Below, piece after piece: positions 19,433 to 30,010 of a stretch of DNA of 64,000 nucleotides. The notes under the pieces were generated by a model, which saw only the letters and a program-made list of their open reading frames with translations, ran no database searches and had not been told where the DNA came from. A program made the position numbers and the translations under genes. The stretch's first letter is position 1. Each line of letters starts with the position of its first letter. Source of the stretch: Candidatus Bathyarchaeota archaeon (GTDB lineage: Archaea > Thermoproteota > Bathyarchaeia > Hecatellales > Hecatellaceae); contig JBQPWD010000002.1 in assembly GCA_052246995.1 (NCBI GenBank), positions 196,323 through 260,322 of the forward strand, given 5' to 3'.

Positions 19433-21088
19433 ATGGTTGATTATGAAAAAATTGCTGAAGAAATTAAAAAATGGGAGGCTAAAAACGCCAAGGATATCCG
19501 AGAGGCGGGAGAGTATATCAACCGTTCAGGTATTCCAATTAAGCTTCTTTATACACCTGTAGACGTTAGACACGTAGATTACTTAAACAGCATCGGTTTT
19601 CCTAGCGAATATCCATTTACAAGGGGAATTTATCCTACAATGTACCGTGGAAGGCTGTGGACTATAAGACAGTATGCTGGTTTTGGAACAGCAGAGGACA
19701 CTAATAAGAGGTATAAGTACCTGATTAGTCAAGGTCAAACTGGTTTAAGTGTGGCTTTTCATCTTCCAACACAATGTGGTTATGATTCTGACCATCCAAT
19801 GGCTTATGCTGAGGTTGGCAAGGTTGGCGTTGCAATTGACAGTTTAAAGGATATGGAAATACTGTTTGAGGGAATAGATCTTGAAAAAATAACAACCTCA
19901 ATGACTATTAATTCAACATGTCCACAAGTTTTAGCAATGTACTTCTGTGTTGCTGCTATGCAGAATGTTCCAAATGATAAGGTAGGCGGAACCGTTCAAA
20001 ATGACATTCTTAAGGAGTATGTTGCAAGAGGAACATACATTTATCCACCTGAACCTTCAATGCGGCTTGTTGGAGATGTTATTGAGTGGTGTTACCAAAA
20101 TGCTCCAAGATTTAACTCTATAAGCATTAGTGGATACCATATGAGAGAGGCAGGATGTACGGCAGTACAGGAGGTTGCATTTACACTTGCAAACGGTATA
20201 GCATACGTTGAACATGTTGCTAAAAGAGGAATATCAGTGGATAAGTTTGCACCAAGATTATCATTCTTCTTTGCAGCACAAAGAGACTTTTTTGAGGAGG
20301 TAGCTAAGTTTAGAGCTGCAAGAAGACTTTGGGCTAAAATTATGAAGGAAAGATTTGGGGCTAAGGATCCACGTTCAATGCTTCTAAGATTTCATGTTCA
20401 AACTGCAGGAGTTACTCTTACAGCACAACAGCCATATGTTAATCTTATGAGAAACACGATTGAAGCTTTAGCTGCTGTTCTTGGTGGAACTCAATCTCTA
20501 CATGTTAACTCTTTTGATGAGGCTTATGCTGTTCCAACAGAGTTTGCAGTTACACTTTCAGTTAGAACTCAACAGGTTATAGCCTATGAAAGTAAAGTTA
20601 CTGCAACCGTAGATCCATTAGCGGGATCATACTATGTTGAATGGTTAACCGAGCAAATCGAAGAAAAAGCTATGGAATACATACATAAAATTGATGATAT
20701 GGGTGGTGCCTCAGCAGCAATAGAAAAAGGCTTTTATCAAAGAGAAATTGCAGATTCCGCATATAAGTACCAGAGGGATGTTGAAAGCAAAAAAGAAGTT
20801 ATTATAGGTGTAAATGAGTTTGTTACAGAAGAAGAATTACCAATTACAATATTAAAAGTTGACCCTGAGGTTAGAAAAAGACAGATTGAAAGGTTAACCA
20901 AGGTTAGGAGAGAAAGGGATAAAAGAAAAGTTGAAGAATCTTTAAGCAAGCTACGTAGAACCGCTGAGAGGGGAGAAAATATTATGCCAGCTGTTTTTGA
21001 GGCAGTTAAGAGTTATGCAACAATAGGTGAAACTTCAGATGTGCTCCGAGAAGTTTTTGGGGAATATAAAGCGTCAACAATAATTTAA
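19433..21088 (+). CDS. Methylmalonyl-CoA mutase large (substrate-binding) subunit
   Basis: [30 protein letters not shown]; Tyr/Arg residues match MCM specificity. Confidence 0.93.
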   Translation: MVDYEKIAEEIKKWEAKNAKDIREAGEYINRSGIPIKLLYTPVDVRHVDYLNSIGFPSEYPFTRGIYPTMYRGRLWTIRQYAGFGTAEDTNKRYKYLISQGQTGLSVAFHLPTQCGYDSDHPMAYAEVGKVGVAIDSLKDMEILFEGIDLEKITTSMTINSTCPQVLAMYFCVAAMQNVPNDKVGGTVQNDILKEYVARGTYIYPPEPSMRLVGDVIEWCYQNAPRFNSISISGYHMREAGCTAVQEVAFTLANGIAYVEHVAKRGISVDKFAPRLSFFFAAQRDFFEEVAKFRAARRLWAKIMKERFGAKDPRSMLLRFHVQTAGVTLTAQQPYVNLMRNTIEALAAVLGGTQSLHVNSFDEAYAVPTEFAVTLSVRTQQVIAYESKVTATVDPLAGSYYVEWLTEQIEEKAMEYIHKIDDMGGASAAIEKGFYQREIADSAYKYQRDVESKKEVIIGVNEFVTEEELPITILKVDPEVRKRQIERLTKVRRERDKRKVEESLSKLRRTAERGENIMPAVFEAVKSYATIGETSDVLREVFGEYKASTII

Positions 21089-21098
21089 GAATAGGAGT

Positions 21099-21518
21099 GT
21101 GATGTTTTTGATTAAAAAGGTTAGTCATATAGGTATTGCTGTAAAAAGTATTGATGAAGCATTAAAACTTTACAGGGATATTTTAGGTTTAAGCGTTGAG
21201 GGATACGAGGTTGTTGAGGAGCAAAAGGTAAGAATAGCGTTTATCACGGTTGGTGAAACAAGAATTGAACTTTTAGAATCAACAGATCCGAATGGACCTA
21301 TTGCAAAGTTTATTGAAAATAGAGGTGAGGGAATTCAACATATAGCTTTACAAACAGACAACATTGAAGCTGAGCTTGCAAGACTTAAGGAGAAAGGGTT
21401 AAGGCTTATAGATGAAAAACCACGTAAAGGTGCTCATAAAGCCAAAATAGCGTTTGTGCATCCTAAAAGTACGTATGGAGTTTTACTGGAAATATGCGAA
21501 GAAGAGAAAAAAGATTAA
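21099..21518 (+). CDS. mce: Methylmalonyl-CoA epimerase
   Basis: HIGIAV, IELLE, GEGIQHIAL, FVHPKSTYGVLLE; follows the mutase genes. Confidence 0.93.
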   Translation: MMFLIKKVSHIGIAVKSIDEALKLYRDILGLSVEGYEVVEEQKVRIAFITVGETRIELLESTDPNGPIAKFIENRGEGIQHIALQTDNIEAELARLKEKGLRLIDEKPRKGAHKAKIAFVHPKSTYGVLLEICEEEKKD

Positions 21519-21563
21519 AACCGTTAAAACATAAAACACCATTTTTTTATTTTTAAATAAAAA

Positions 21564-22067
21564 CTAGTAAACTGAAACTTTCTCAACACCTTTAATTTTT
21601 AAGAATTCTGGTATAAGTTCACCAGGAATCTTTTTTTCAGCTATTATCACAAGTTTAGGTTCTGGCGAAAGTTCAGGGTCATCTACTAAAGCCTGTCTGA
21701 TGCTTATATTCTTCTCAGCTAAAATTTTAGCTGAGTTTGCAAGTATCCCTGGAATTTTTGCGCTTGTAGGGGTTATTTCAACAACTCCAAGGTTTAAGTG
21801 TTTTGCAACGTCCTTTAATGAATGCCCAGCAGACCTTAAATGTTTGAATATTACGCTTAATTCCGGATCTGCCTCAATAAACCTTATTGTTTGTGTTACT
21901 GTTCTTCTATCAACTTTTGCAGTTCGAGCAACCTCGGAAACCGGAATTTCAATCATGTTACAGTATATTTTTCCTTCTCTAATGCTTAACCCATTTTCTA
22001 CTAGAACTTTTGCAACATTAAGACGTTCAGGGTACTCCTTTAATTTTTCATATACTTTTTGCCACAT
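21564..22067 (-). CDS. trpY: TrpY-like tryptophan-sensing repressor (HTH plus ACT, COG2150)
   Basis: MW..V...YP.R..VA, VDRRTV HTH, ISIRQ...DPEL ACT domain; divergent from trpB2 with TRP boxes between. Confidence 0.82.
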   Translation of the reverse strand: MWQKVYEKLKEYPERLNVAKVLVENGLSIREGKIYCNMIEIPVSEVARTAKVDRRTVTQTIRFIEADPELSVIFKHLRSAGHSLKDVAKHLNLGVVEITPTSAKIPGILANSAKILAEKNISIRQALVDDPELSPEPKLVIIAEKKIPGELIPEFLKIKGVEKVSVY

Positions 22068-22144
22068 ATGTTCTTAGATGTTAAGAAAGGTATATAAGCA
22101 TGTTGTTTTGACTAATATAGTTCAGAAATGAACATATGTGTACA
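22063..22144. promoter_or_regulatory. Bidirectional trpY/trpB2 promoter with TRP-box operators
   Basis: Central TATATAAG 22091-22098 preceded by AAGAAAGG; AGTTCA-N4-TGAACA-N4-TGTACA at 22119-22144; 11-bp inverted copy CACATATGTTC at 22063-22073 over the trpY start. Confidence 0.75.
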
Positions 22145-22158
22145 TTGAGGTGAAAAAA

Positions 22159-23550
22159 TTGGCTTTAAAACGAGTAACAAACCTACCAGTGGAAGAAATG
22201 CCCAACAAATGGTACAACATTCTCCCAGACCTACCTAAGCCACTACCCCCACCAATCGACCCAGAAACTAGAGCACCAGTAAAACCTGAAAAGCTTGAGG
22301 CAATCTTTCCTAAAGAGCTTATACATCAAGAGTTAAGCCAAGATAGATGGATTCCTATACCTGAGGAAGTCCAAGAAGTTTATCAAATTTGGAGACCGAC
22401 ACCTCTTTACAGGGCTTTAAGACTTGAAAAGGCATTAAAAACACCTGCAAAAATTTACTATAAGTATGAGGGTGTAAGTCCACCTGGAAGTCATAAGCCA
22501 AACACTGCTGTTGCTCAAGCCTACTTCAATATGAAAGAGGGTGTTGAAAGATTAACAACAGAAACTGGTGCAGGTCAGTGGGGTTCAGCGTTAGCTTTTG
22601 GTTGTACAATGTTTGGAATGAAAGCTACAATTTACATGGTTAAGGTTAGCTACCACCAAAAACCATATAGAAGACTTCTTATGCAGGCTTGGGGTGCTGA
22701 TGTTACTCCAAGTCCAAGTAGTAGAACAAAATTTGGGAAAAGCCTTTTAGAGAAGGACCCAGATAACCCTGGAAGTTTAGGCATAGCTATCAGTGAAGCA
22801 ATAGAGGATGCGATAACAAGCGAAAAAACAAAGTATTCGCTTGGAAGCGTGTTAAACCATGTACTTTTACATCAAACAGTTATGGGTTTAGAAGCTAAAA
22901 AGCAGTTTGAAGTTGTTGATGACTATCCCGACATCATCTTTGGTTGCGTTGGAGGTGGTAGTAGTTTTTCAGGTTTATTTTTCCCATTCTATTATGACAA
23001 GGTTTCAGGTAAAGCACCTAAAAATACTGAGTTTGTTGCTGTTGAACCTACAGCATGTCCAACGTTAACAAAAGGTGTCTACACATATGACCATGGAGAC
23101 ACCGCAAGAATGACTCCTCTACTTAAAATGTACACACTTGGACATACCTTTATTCCGCCACCTATCCACGCTGGAGGTTTGAGATATCATGGTGACTCTC
23201 CAATCCTATGTCTTCTAGTTAACCTAGGAGAGGTTAAAGCATTAGCCTACAATCAGGTTGAAGTTTTTGAAGCTGCAAAAATTTTTACTGAAACAGAGGG
23301 GATACTTCCAGCACCTGAAACTGCGCATGGGATTAAGGCTGTTGTTGATGAGGCGTTAAAATGCAAAAAAAGTGGAGAAAAGAAAACTATTCTTCTTCAA
23401 TTCTCAGGTCACGGATACTTTGATATGAAAGCGTATGGAGATTTCTTTGAAGGAAAGCTTCAACCATGTGAGTGTCCGAAGGATGAGATAGAAAAAAATA
23501 TAAAAATGCTTATGGATGTGTATCCATGGGCTAGAAACCTACCATATTAA
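22159..23550 (+). CDS. trpB2: Tryptophan synthase beta chain, type 2
   Basis: GSHKPN PLP lysine, [26 protein letters not shown]; TTG start after GAGGTGA. Confidence 0.96.
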   Translation: MALKRVTNLPVEEMPNKWYNILPDLPKPLPPPIDPETRAPVKPEKLEAIFPKELIHQELSQDRWIPIPEEVQEVYQIWRPTPLYRALRLEKALKTPAKIYYKYEGVSPPGSHKPNTAVAQAYFNMKEGVERLTTETGAGQWGSALAFGCTMFGMKATIYMVKVSYHQKPYRRLLMQAWGADVTPSPSSRTKFGKSLLEKDPDNPGSLGIAISEAIEDAITSEKTKYSLGSVLNHVLLHQTVMGLEAKKQFEVVDDYPDIIFGCVGGGSSFSGLFFPFYYDKVSGKAPKNTEFVAVEPTACPTLTKGVYTYDHGDTARMTPLLKMYTLGHTFIPPPIHAGGLRYHGDSPILCLLVNLGEVKALAYNQVEVFEAAKIFTETEGILPAPETAHGIKAVVDEALKCKKSGEKKTILLQFSGHGYFDMKAYGDFFEGKLQPCECPKDEIEKNIKMLMDVYPWARNLPY

Positions 23551-23780
23551 GTTATGTTATTCCCCTTTTCCCCTTTTTCCCGGTTAAAACGTGTTTTTAA
23601 TTCTTCAAATTTTTTAGTTAACTGGTTGAATGTTGGAAGATTTAGCGGAATTAACGCCAAAAACCCGTAAACACTTTCTATATAAACAAATTCATCATTA
23701 CCAATTACATGCCGAAGCTCTTTAGGTATAGTTATTCTCCAACGATATCTATCCCTTTCAACCTTAACAAACTTACCCAG
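23547..23780 (-). CDS. AbrB/MazE/SpoVT-like small DNA-binding protein (CTG start, not in ORF track)
   Basis: Manual translation (M)[33 protein letters not shown]..., 77 aa, GGTGG SD 4 nt upstream of CTG. Confidence 0.6.
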   Translation of the reverse strand: MGKFVKVERDRYRWRITIPKELRHVIGNDEFVYIESVYGFLALIPLNLPTFNQLTKKFEELKTRFNREKGEKGNNIT

Positions 23781-23894
23781 AAAACCACCAGAACAGGTTT
23801 AAGCATAGGAACTTAATTAGTTCTTTTATTAACCGTTGTTAAGAAAAAACAAAAATTAATAAAAGGTAGTAAAGAAAAATAAAGTGGTTGCAAC

Positions 23895-24533
23895 TTGGGT
23901 GTCAACGTTAAAGAGTTAAAAAGTAAGATTAGATTTGAAATTTGGGAAAAACTTGAAAGATTTAATGTTGCACGTTACCCTTTACCGTTAGAAGGTAGAA
24001 TTCCAAATTTTGATGGTTCTGACAAGGCTGCTATGCTTGTTAGAAAACTTAATGTTTGGAAAAACGCTAAGGTTGTTTTTTCAAATCCTGACTATGCTCA
24101 AAAAAAGGTTAGAGAGTTTGCTTTAAAGGATGGGAAAAGTCTTATTACGGCTACTCCCGAACTTAAGCATGGGTTTCTTCTAGTCAAACCTGAAGATGTT
24201 AAGGGTCTTGAGGATAAAGCGTCAACAATAAGAGGCCTGTTCACTTATGGTTTGACCATTAACTTGGAGAATATGCCTAAGCCAGACTTGATAGTTACTG
24301 GTTGTGTTGCTGTGGATGAAGAAGGATTTAGGCTTGGAAAAGGTGGAGGTTATGGAGATAGGGAGATAGGCATTATACATGAAAAATTTGGATATGTTCC
24401 TGTTATTACAACTGTGCATGAACTTCAAATTGTAAAAAAGCTTCCAAGAGAAAAACATGATACTAAGGTAGATTTCATAGTTACACCATCAAAAATCTAT
24501 GATGTAAACAATAAAAGCTGGTTAACATATTAG
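23895..24533 (+). CDS. 5-formyltetrahydrofolate cyclo-ligase paralog (COG0212 family)
   Basis: GRIPNF, NPDYAQ, RLGKGGGYGDRE, TTVHELQ, HD..VD.IVTP. Confidence 0.88.
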   Translation: MGVNVKELKSKIRFEIWEKLERFNVARYPLPLEGRIPNFDGSDKAAMLVRKLNVWKNAKVVFSNPDYAQKKVREFALKDGKSLITATPELKHGFLLVKPEDVKGLEDKASTIRGLFTYGLTINLENMPKPDLIVTGCVAVDEEGFRLGKGGGYGDREIGIIHEKFGYVPVITTVHELQIVKKLPREKHDTKVDFIVTPSKIYDVNNKSWLTY

Positions 24534-24572
24534 TATAACATTAAAGAGCTTTTTAGGGTTGACTGAGAAACT

Positions 24573-25886
24573 ATGGTAGGGAAAACTTTTCCACATGAAG
24601 GATTTAAAGTCAACAGTTTAGGTCACTTAACCCTTGATGATTACGACCTTGTAGATTTAGCTGAAAAATATGGAACCCCCATATACGTTATCTCAGAAAA
24701 AAGACTTAGGGAAAACTATAAGCGTTTACTCAGCACCTTCAAGGAGCATTACCCTGGAAATGTTATTATAGCCTATGCTGTTAAAGCCAACTACACATTA
24801 GCCTTAATCAAGGTTTTTATTTCAGAGGACTCTTGGTTTGAAACTTTCTCCGGAATTGAGCTACATATGGCTTTACTTGCTGGTGCTCAACCTAAAAACA
24901 TAGTTCTAACTGGGTGCAACCGTTTAAAAGAGGATTTTGAGGAGGCGCTTAAACTTAATGTCGGCTTAATTGTTGTCGACTCCATTTCAGAGCTTCAAAA
25001 ACTTGAGGAGGCTGCCAGTCAGCTTGGGGTTGAAGCAAAAACGTTAATTAGAGTAAACCCGTCCTTAAGCATTCCAACTCATCCTTTAATTGCCACAGGT
25101 ACTCGTGGAACAAAATTTGGTTTAAGTATAGAAGGTGGAGAAGCTTTAAAGGCGTTTGAAAAAGCTTTAACAATGAAGTGGATTAAGGTTGTTGGTATCC
25201 ATACCCATATAGGTTCTCAAATTCTTAGAATTGAACCTTTTATTGAAACAGCTAAACGTATAACTAGCTTTGTTAAAACTCTTAACAGAAAATTTGGATT
25301 TAATCCTGAATGGTTAGATTTTGGAGGAGGTTTTGGCATACCCTATAAACGTGGAGAAAAAAGTTTAAACCTTCAAGTTTTAGCCAAAAGAATGAGTAAA
25401 ATAATAGCTGATGGTTTTAAAGACCTTAAATTAAATCCACCTAACCTGCTATTTGAGCCTGGAAGGTTTCTTGTAGGTGATGCTGAAATTTTACTGGCAA
25501 AAGTTGGAAACATTAAAGAATCCGTCAACGGAAAGTTTGTTTACATTGATGCTTCAACCAACCATATAATACCTGTTTTAATTGTAAAACAGTATTACGA
25601 GATTATCCTAGCAAATAAGGTTAACAAAAAAATTGAAGAAAAAGTAACATTTGCCGGACCCTTATGCTTTACAGGAGATATCCTAGCTGTAAATAGAGGC
25701 ACTCCAAAGGTTGAAATGGGAGATGTGGTTGCAATTTTAAACGTTGGAGCCTACTGTAAATCAGCTTACACAATGCATAATGCATACCCAAAGCCACCAA
25801 CATTAATGCTTACTCAACATGGAGTAAAAATGGTTCAACGTAAAGAAACAGTTGAAGATATTATTAGTAGGGAAGTTTTAACGTAA
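24573..25886 (+). CDS. Fold-type III PLP decarboxylase (LysA-like, atypical substrate pocket)
   Basis: YAVKAN, HIGSQ, DFGGGFG, EPGR present; GPLCFTGD replaces GPLCESGD. Confidence 0.8.
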   Translation: MVGKTFPHEGFKVNSLGHLTLDDYDLVDLAEKYGTPIYVISEKRLRENYKRLLSTFKEHYPGNVIIAYAVKANYTLALIKVFISEDSWFETFSGIELHMALLAGAQPKNIVLTGCNRLKEDFEEALKLNVGLIVVDSISELQKLEEAASQLGVEAKTLIRVNPSLSIPTHPLIATGTRGTKFGLSIEGGEALKAFEKALTMKWIKVVGIHTHIGSQILRIEPFIETAKRITSFVKTLNRKFGFNPEWLDFGGGFGIPYKRGEKSLNLQVLAKRMSKIIADGFKDLKLNPPNLLFEPGRFLVGDAEILLAKVGNIKESVNGKFVYIDASTNHIIPVLIVKQYYEIILANKVNKKIEEKVTFAGPLCFTGDILAVNRGTPKVEMGDVVAILNVGAYCKSAYTMHNAYPKPPTLMLTQHGVKMVQRKETVEDIISREVLT

Positions 25887-26047
25887 CATTTCACAATTCT
25901 ACCTTCGTTTAAGAGGCTTTCAAAATTTGTTTAGAAGTTAGACACAAATCTGGTTGAAGATGGCTAAAAACTTATAGGTTTTTGGTTTTAAATGAAAACA
26001 TTTTTAGGATTTATTTATCCATATTAAGTTTACAAGTTCTGGAGTTG

Positions 26048-26605
26048 ATGAGCATGGAGTTAATGGAAGCTATTAAAAGTAGAAGAAGCGTCCGAAGATT
26101 TACAAATAAGGATGTTGAAGACGAAAAGTTAAAAGAAATCTTTGAAGCCGCACGATGGGCACCTTCATGGGCTAACACCCAATGCTGGGAGTTTATAGTA
26201 GTTAAAAATAATGAAACAAAGAAGAAAATCTCTGAAACGCTTAGACCAGGAAATCCTGCAACAAATGCTGTTGCTTCGGCACCAGTTGTTATTGTCGCAT
26301 GTGGACGTAAACGCTTAGCCGGGTTTTACGGAGAAAGTGCCATGACTGACAAGGGGGATTGGCTTATGTTTGATGTAGCTTTAGCAATTCAAAACATGTG
26401 TCTTGCAATTCATAACCTAGGTTTAGGAACAGTTATTGTTGGAGCATTTAATTCAAAAAAGGTTGCAGAAATTTTAAATGTACCTGAAAATGTTGATGTT
26501 GTAGCAATACTTCCAGTAGGATATCCGGAAAAAGTCCCAAAAACACCACCAAGAAAGAATGTTGAAGATTTTGTTTTCTATGAAAGTTATGGAAAGAAAG
26601 GATAG
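26048..26605 (+). CDS. Nitroreductase-family flavoprotein
   Basis: RRSVRRF, APSWANTQCWEF, LGLGT, LPVGYP. Confidence 0.92.
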   Translation: MSMELMEAIKSRRSVRRFTNKDVEDEKLKEIFEAARWAPSWANTQCWEFIVVKNNETKKKISETLRPGNPATNAVASAPVVIVACGRKRLAGFYGESAMTDKGDWLMFDVALAIQNMCLAIHNLGLGTVIVGAFNSKKVAEILNVPENVDVVAILPVGYPEKVPKTPPRKNVEDFVFYESYGKKG

Positions 26606-26632
26606 AACTAAACCTAATCTAATATTTTATTT

Positions 26633-28990
26633 TTAACTACCAAAAAACTTTGAAAGATCCTTTGTTTTTGATGTTTTTAGGCTTCCAAGTTCTACTTTTG
26701 AAATACCAAAAATTTCTAAAACTCTTAAAGCCGCAGGAATTATCTGATTCTCAATATAATACAAGGCATCTAAGTCTTTAGGTGCAACCATAAAGTATGG
26801 ATAAGCCCTCTCGTAAAGTTTGCCTAAGCCCTTAACAATAACATATCCAACCTTATCCCCGACAGTGATATTCCAACCACTTTTAATCATCCTTTTTGCA
26901 GCTTCAACATGAGGTGCCCTAACCTGATACTCATTAGGAGGTTTGGTTATTGTTTTCCAGATTATGAATGGTTCAATATCAGTTATTAAAGCCTCATTCA
27001 ACTTTTTAATGTAGTTATTAACAATGTTAGCAGCCTTATTTGGATTATTCTCCTTTAAAATTATTTCTAAAACTTTTTCTTGAATATCCTTTGCAGCTTC
27101 ACACCAATCTCCTCTGGCAACCTCAAGCCCAACAATTTCTATCCTTCCGTCCGGAAGAAGACCTGCATATCTTTTTTTAGCTTCAGTAAACAGTAGCCGT
27201 TTATAGATAGTATCAGGCCTAATTTCAAGACCTGTCTTCTCTTTAACTTCGTCTAGGAAAACTTTAACTTTTGATTCATCATACTTGACAAAGATGCTAT
27301 CGGTGTCTCCATAAACAACCTCCAATCCGTGTTTTTTTGCAATATTTATTGTTTCGCTTATGGTTTTCCTACCCCATGCTGCTGTAGCCTCGGCAACTTC
27401 GTTAACATACCATCTTGCACCCCTCCAACCACAATAACCGTAAGCAGCATTTGTAATAACCTTAATACCACGTTGCCTAGCATCCAAAACCTTGTAAAGA
27501 GGGGTGCCATAAGTTAACTTTTTAAGATTTTCTTGTATTTTTCTTCGTGCATCCATAAGCTCTAAAAGTACCTGTTTATAAAAACCAGGCGGATTAGCTT
27601 TAAACTTATGATGCACTTCAGGAGTTATGTAAACTTCACCATCAAATTTTTCATTAGGCCTTATATAGGTATCTGGAGACAAGTTATACTTTACCATCAA
27701 ACTTGGATACATTGAACTAAAATCAAAGACAGCGATGTTTTCATGAACCCCTGGTTTGGGCTCAAGAACCATACCTCCCTTATAGGTGTAGTACTCCTGT
27801 TCAACCCTTTTAGGTATAAGCTCATTGTAGATGAAAGCTTTACGTATAAGATACCAATCAACCCTAAAACCAACAGCAGCAGAAAAAATGTAGTCAGCAG
27901 GTATACCTACAAGGTTTGAAAACTGAAAAACGTAATCCAGCATAGTATCAGAAATTCTTTTAACAAGCATTGTGCAATATTCACAAAACTTTATAACCTT
28001 TTCTTTTTCACTTACCCACAACCTATGAACATCTGTTTCCCTAAGCTTTACAAGTTCTAAGTTTTTATGAACATCTAAATATTCTGCAAAATTTTCAAGA
28101 GTTTTAACTTTAATTTCAGGGATGTCCTCAACAATCTCGTATAAGTCAATATGTAACCTTCCAGTAATGGAAATATGACCATATACACTTTGATGAGGTT
28201 CACCATCTACCCTATCAATTGAAAAAGCTATTTCATGTTTTTTTGCACGCTGTAAAAAATATGGAATGTGAAACCTATTTGAATTATAACTCACAATAAG
28301 GTCCGGATCATACCGTTGGATATATTCTATAAATTCCTTAAGAAGGATGTTATCGTCCACATCAACAGACATGAATGTACGTTTTTCACCATTACTGGTA
28401 ACAACTGAAATAGTGAGAATAGGATCTCTTTCGGGATGCGGAGAGCCTATGGCAGTGTGGTAGACAGGGTAAAAAGCCAAGATACGTAGTTTGGGATACT
28501 CAATTTTTTCGTAAAAAGCAGGTTTTGATTTTGAAAGATATGCTTTTTCAACTTTAGCTTTTAAAGGCTTTTTTACCTCTTCAACTTCAACAGTATGCCA
28601 TCCACAAGGCTTGATGTCATATTCTATAAGGTAAAGAGAGGTTGGACGGATATCATCATGTAAAACTTCCCTAATTAATGGACTTTTAGATGCTTCTTCA
28701 CTAATTTTTTTAAGCTTTTCAACATTTTTAGTTGAAATTTTTACTGCTTTCACAGAGATGCCAAAGTACTTCTTATCTTCAACTTTAACTTCATCTACGT
28801 CCAAACTTTTAGCCCACTTAATAATTTCAGAGACTTCACTGTTTCTTGGTAGAACGTAGACACTAGGCTTAAAATTCCTGTCAATAATTAGAATACGCCT
28901 ATCAACTTCATCTATACCCCAAATCCACACTTCAACTTGATTTTCGACAATCTCCTGATTAATGTCAAGAAGCCAAAAATTAAGCTTCAA
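26633..28990 (-). CDS. polB: Family B DNA polymerase (PolB3-like) with degenerate 3'-5' exonuclease
   Basis: FDFSSMYPS, KVITNAAYGY, YGDTDS and KKRYAG intact; Exo I/II/III acidic residues absent. Confidence 0.93.
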   Translation of the reverse strand: MKLNFWLLDINQEIVENQVEVWIWGIDEVDRRILIIDRNFKPSVYVLPRNSEVSEIIKWAKSLDVDEVKVEDKKYFGISVKAVKISTKNVEKLKKISEEASKSPLIREVLHDDIRPTSLYLIEYDIKPCGWHTVEVEEVKKPLKAKVEKAYLSKSKPAFYEKIEYPKLRILAFYPVYHTAIGSPHPERDPILTISVVTSNGEKRTFMSVDVDDNILLKEFIEYIQRYDPDLIVSYNSNRFHIPYFLQRAKKHEIAFSIDRVDGEPHQSVYGHISITGRLHIDLYEIVEDIPEIKVKTLENFAEYLDVHKNLELVKLRETDVHRLWVSEKEKVIKFCEYCTMLVKRISDTMLDYVFQFSNLVGIPADYIFSAAVGFRVDWYLIRKAFIYNELIPKRVEQEYYTYKGGMVLEPKPGVHENIAVFDFSSMYPSLMVKYNLSPDTYIRPNEKFDGEVYITPEVHHKFKANPPGFYKQVLLELMDARRKIQENLKKLTYGTPLYKVLDARQRGIKVITNAAYGYCGWRGARWYVNEVAEATAAWGRKTISETINIAKKHGLEVVYGDTDSIFVKYDESKVKVFLDEVKEKTGLEIRPDTIYKRLLFTEAKKRYAGLLPDGRIEIVGLEVARGDWCEAAKDIQEKVLEIILKENNPNKAANIVNNYIKKLNEALITDIEPFIIWKTITKPPNEYQVRAPHVEAAKRMIKSGWNITVGDKVGYVIVKGLGKLYERAYPYFMVAPKDLDALYYIENQIIPAALRVLEIFGISKVELGSLKTSKTKDLSKFFGS

Positions 28991-29070
28991 CCTACTCCTA
29001 AAGAAGATTCCATTGGTAACTAATAAGGGTTGACTGTTTTAAACCTAAAAAAGAGAAATTTGATAAAAAA

Positions 29071-29646
29071 CTACATTGATTTTCTCAATGCTAAATCTGC
29101 TAAAATCTCTTTCTCAACCCTTTTAGCGACATCTTCTCCAACAAGTATTTCTGCTAATTTTAGTGCAAAGTGTATTGCTGTTGCTGGACCCTTGCTTGTA
29201 ACAATTTTTCCATCAACCACAACCAACCCCTTCTTTCTTGGTTTTCCTCCACTCTTCGAAAGTTCCCCCTCTAATCCTGGATAAATCGTACAGGCTTTAT
29301 CTTTTAAAATTCCTGCATCTGCAAGAACTGTTGGCGCTCCACAGATTGCTGCTACAACCTTATTTGATTCAAAGGCTTGTTTTACAACTTGAAGAACCTT
29401 TTGATTTTTTCTTAAATTCTCAAACCCAGGATATCCACCAGGACATATAACCGCATCAAAGTTTTTTACATCAACATTTTCAATGCTCGTATCAGGTAAA
29501 ACCTTAACTCCATGAGCACCTTCAACTAAGTCAGGTTGCAAACCAGCCACAGTAACCTCAACACCAGCTCTTCTCAGAAGATCAACAATAGAGGAGAATT
29601 CAATCTCTTCAAAACCTGTAGCAAGAAAAACCAGTACTTTAACCAT
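29071..29646 (-). CDS. DJ-1/PfpI/ThiJ family protein
   Basis: GFEEIE, CPGG.PG, AICGAP nucleophile elbow, TSKGPATA. Confidence 0.92.
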   Translation of the reverse strand: MVKVLVFLATGFEEIEFSSIVDLLRRAGVEVTVAGLQPDLVEGAHGVKVLPDTSIENVDVKNFDAVICPGGYPGFENLRKNQKVLQVVKQAFESNKVVAAICGAPTVLADAGILKDKACTIYPGLEGELSKSGGKPRKKGLVVVDGKIVTSKGPATAIHFALKLAEILVGEDVAKRVEKEILADLALRKSM

Positions 29647-30010
29647 CCAAACATCCCCACCATGTTCCATAAAACAATTTAAAACTTTAAAATTTAATTT
29701 TTACGTGGAAAATTCTGTTTTAAGCCTAACAAATGAAACATTAAGGAGGTTAAGATACCATAGTTAACAGCTTCAGATTGTAGGTTTAAGCGTGCCTTTA
29801 TTTTACTGTAACTTCTTACGCAGATAGCTTAACCGCTTGCAGGTAAATCTTCATACGGATAACCTTCCAATATAGGTGACTTCTAACCGGAAAAATTTGA
29901 AGCGTAAATACATAAAATAAATTTAAACCTAACAAGGTTAAAAAACGGATGGAACAAGGCTTAATGAAAACTAAGTTCCGCATAGAAGAATGTAAAATTA
30001 GAAGACAGGT

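Noticed and set aside
19433-21088. Mutase as isobutyryl-CoA or 2-hydroxyisobutyryl-CoA mutase
   Set aside because: RQY and ARGT specificity residues plus the adjacent epimerase indicate ordinary methylmalonyl-CoA mutase
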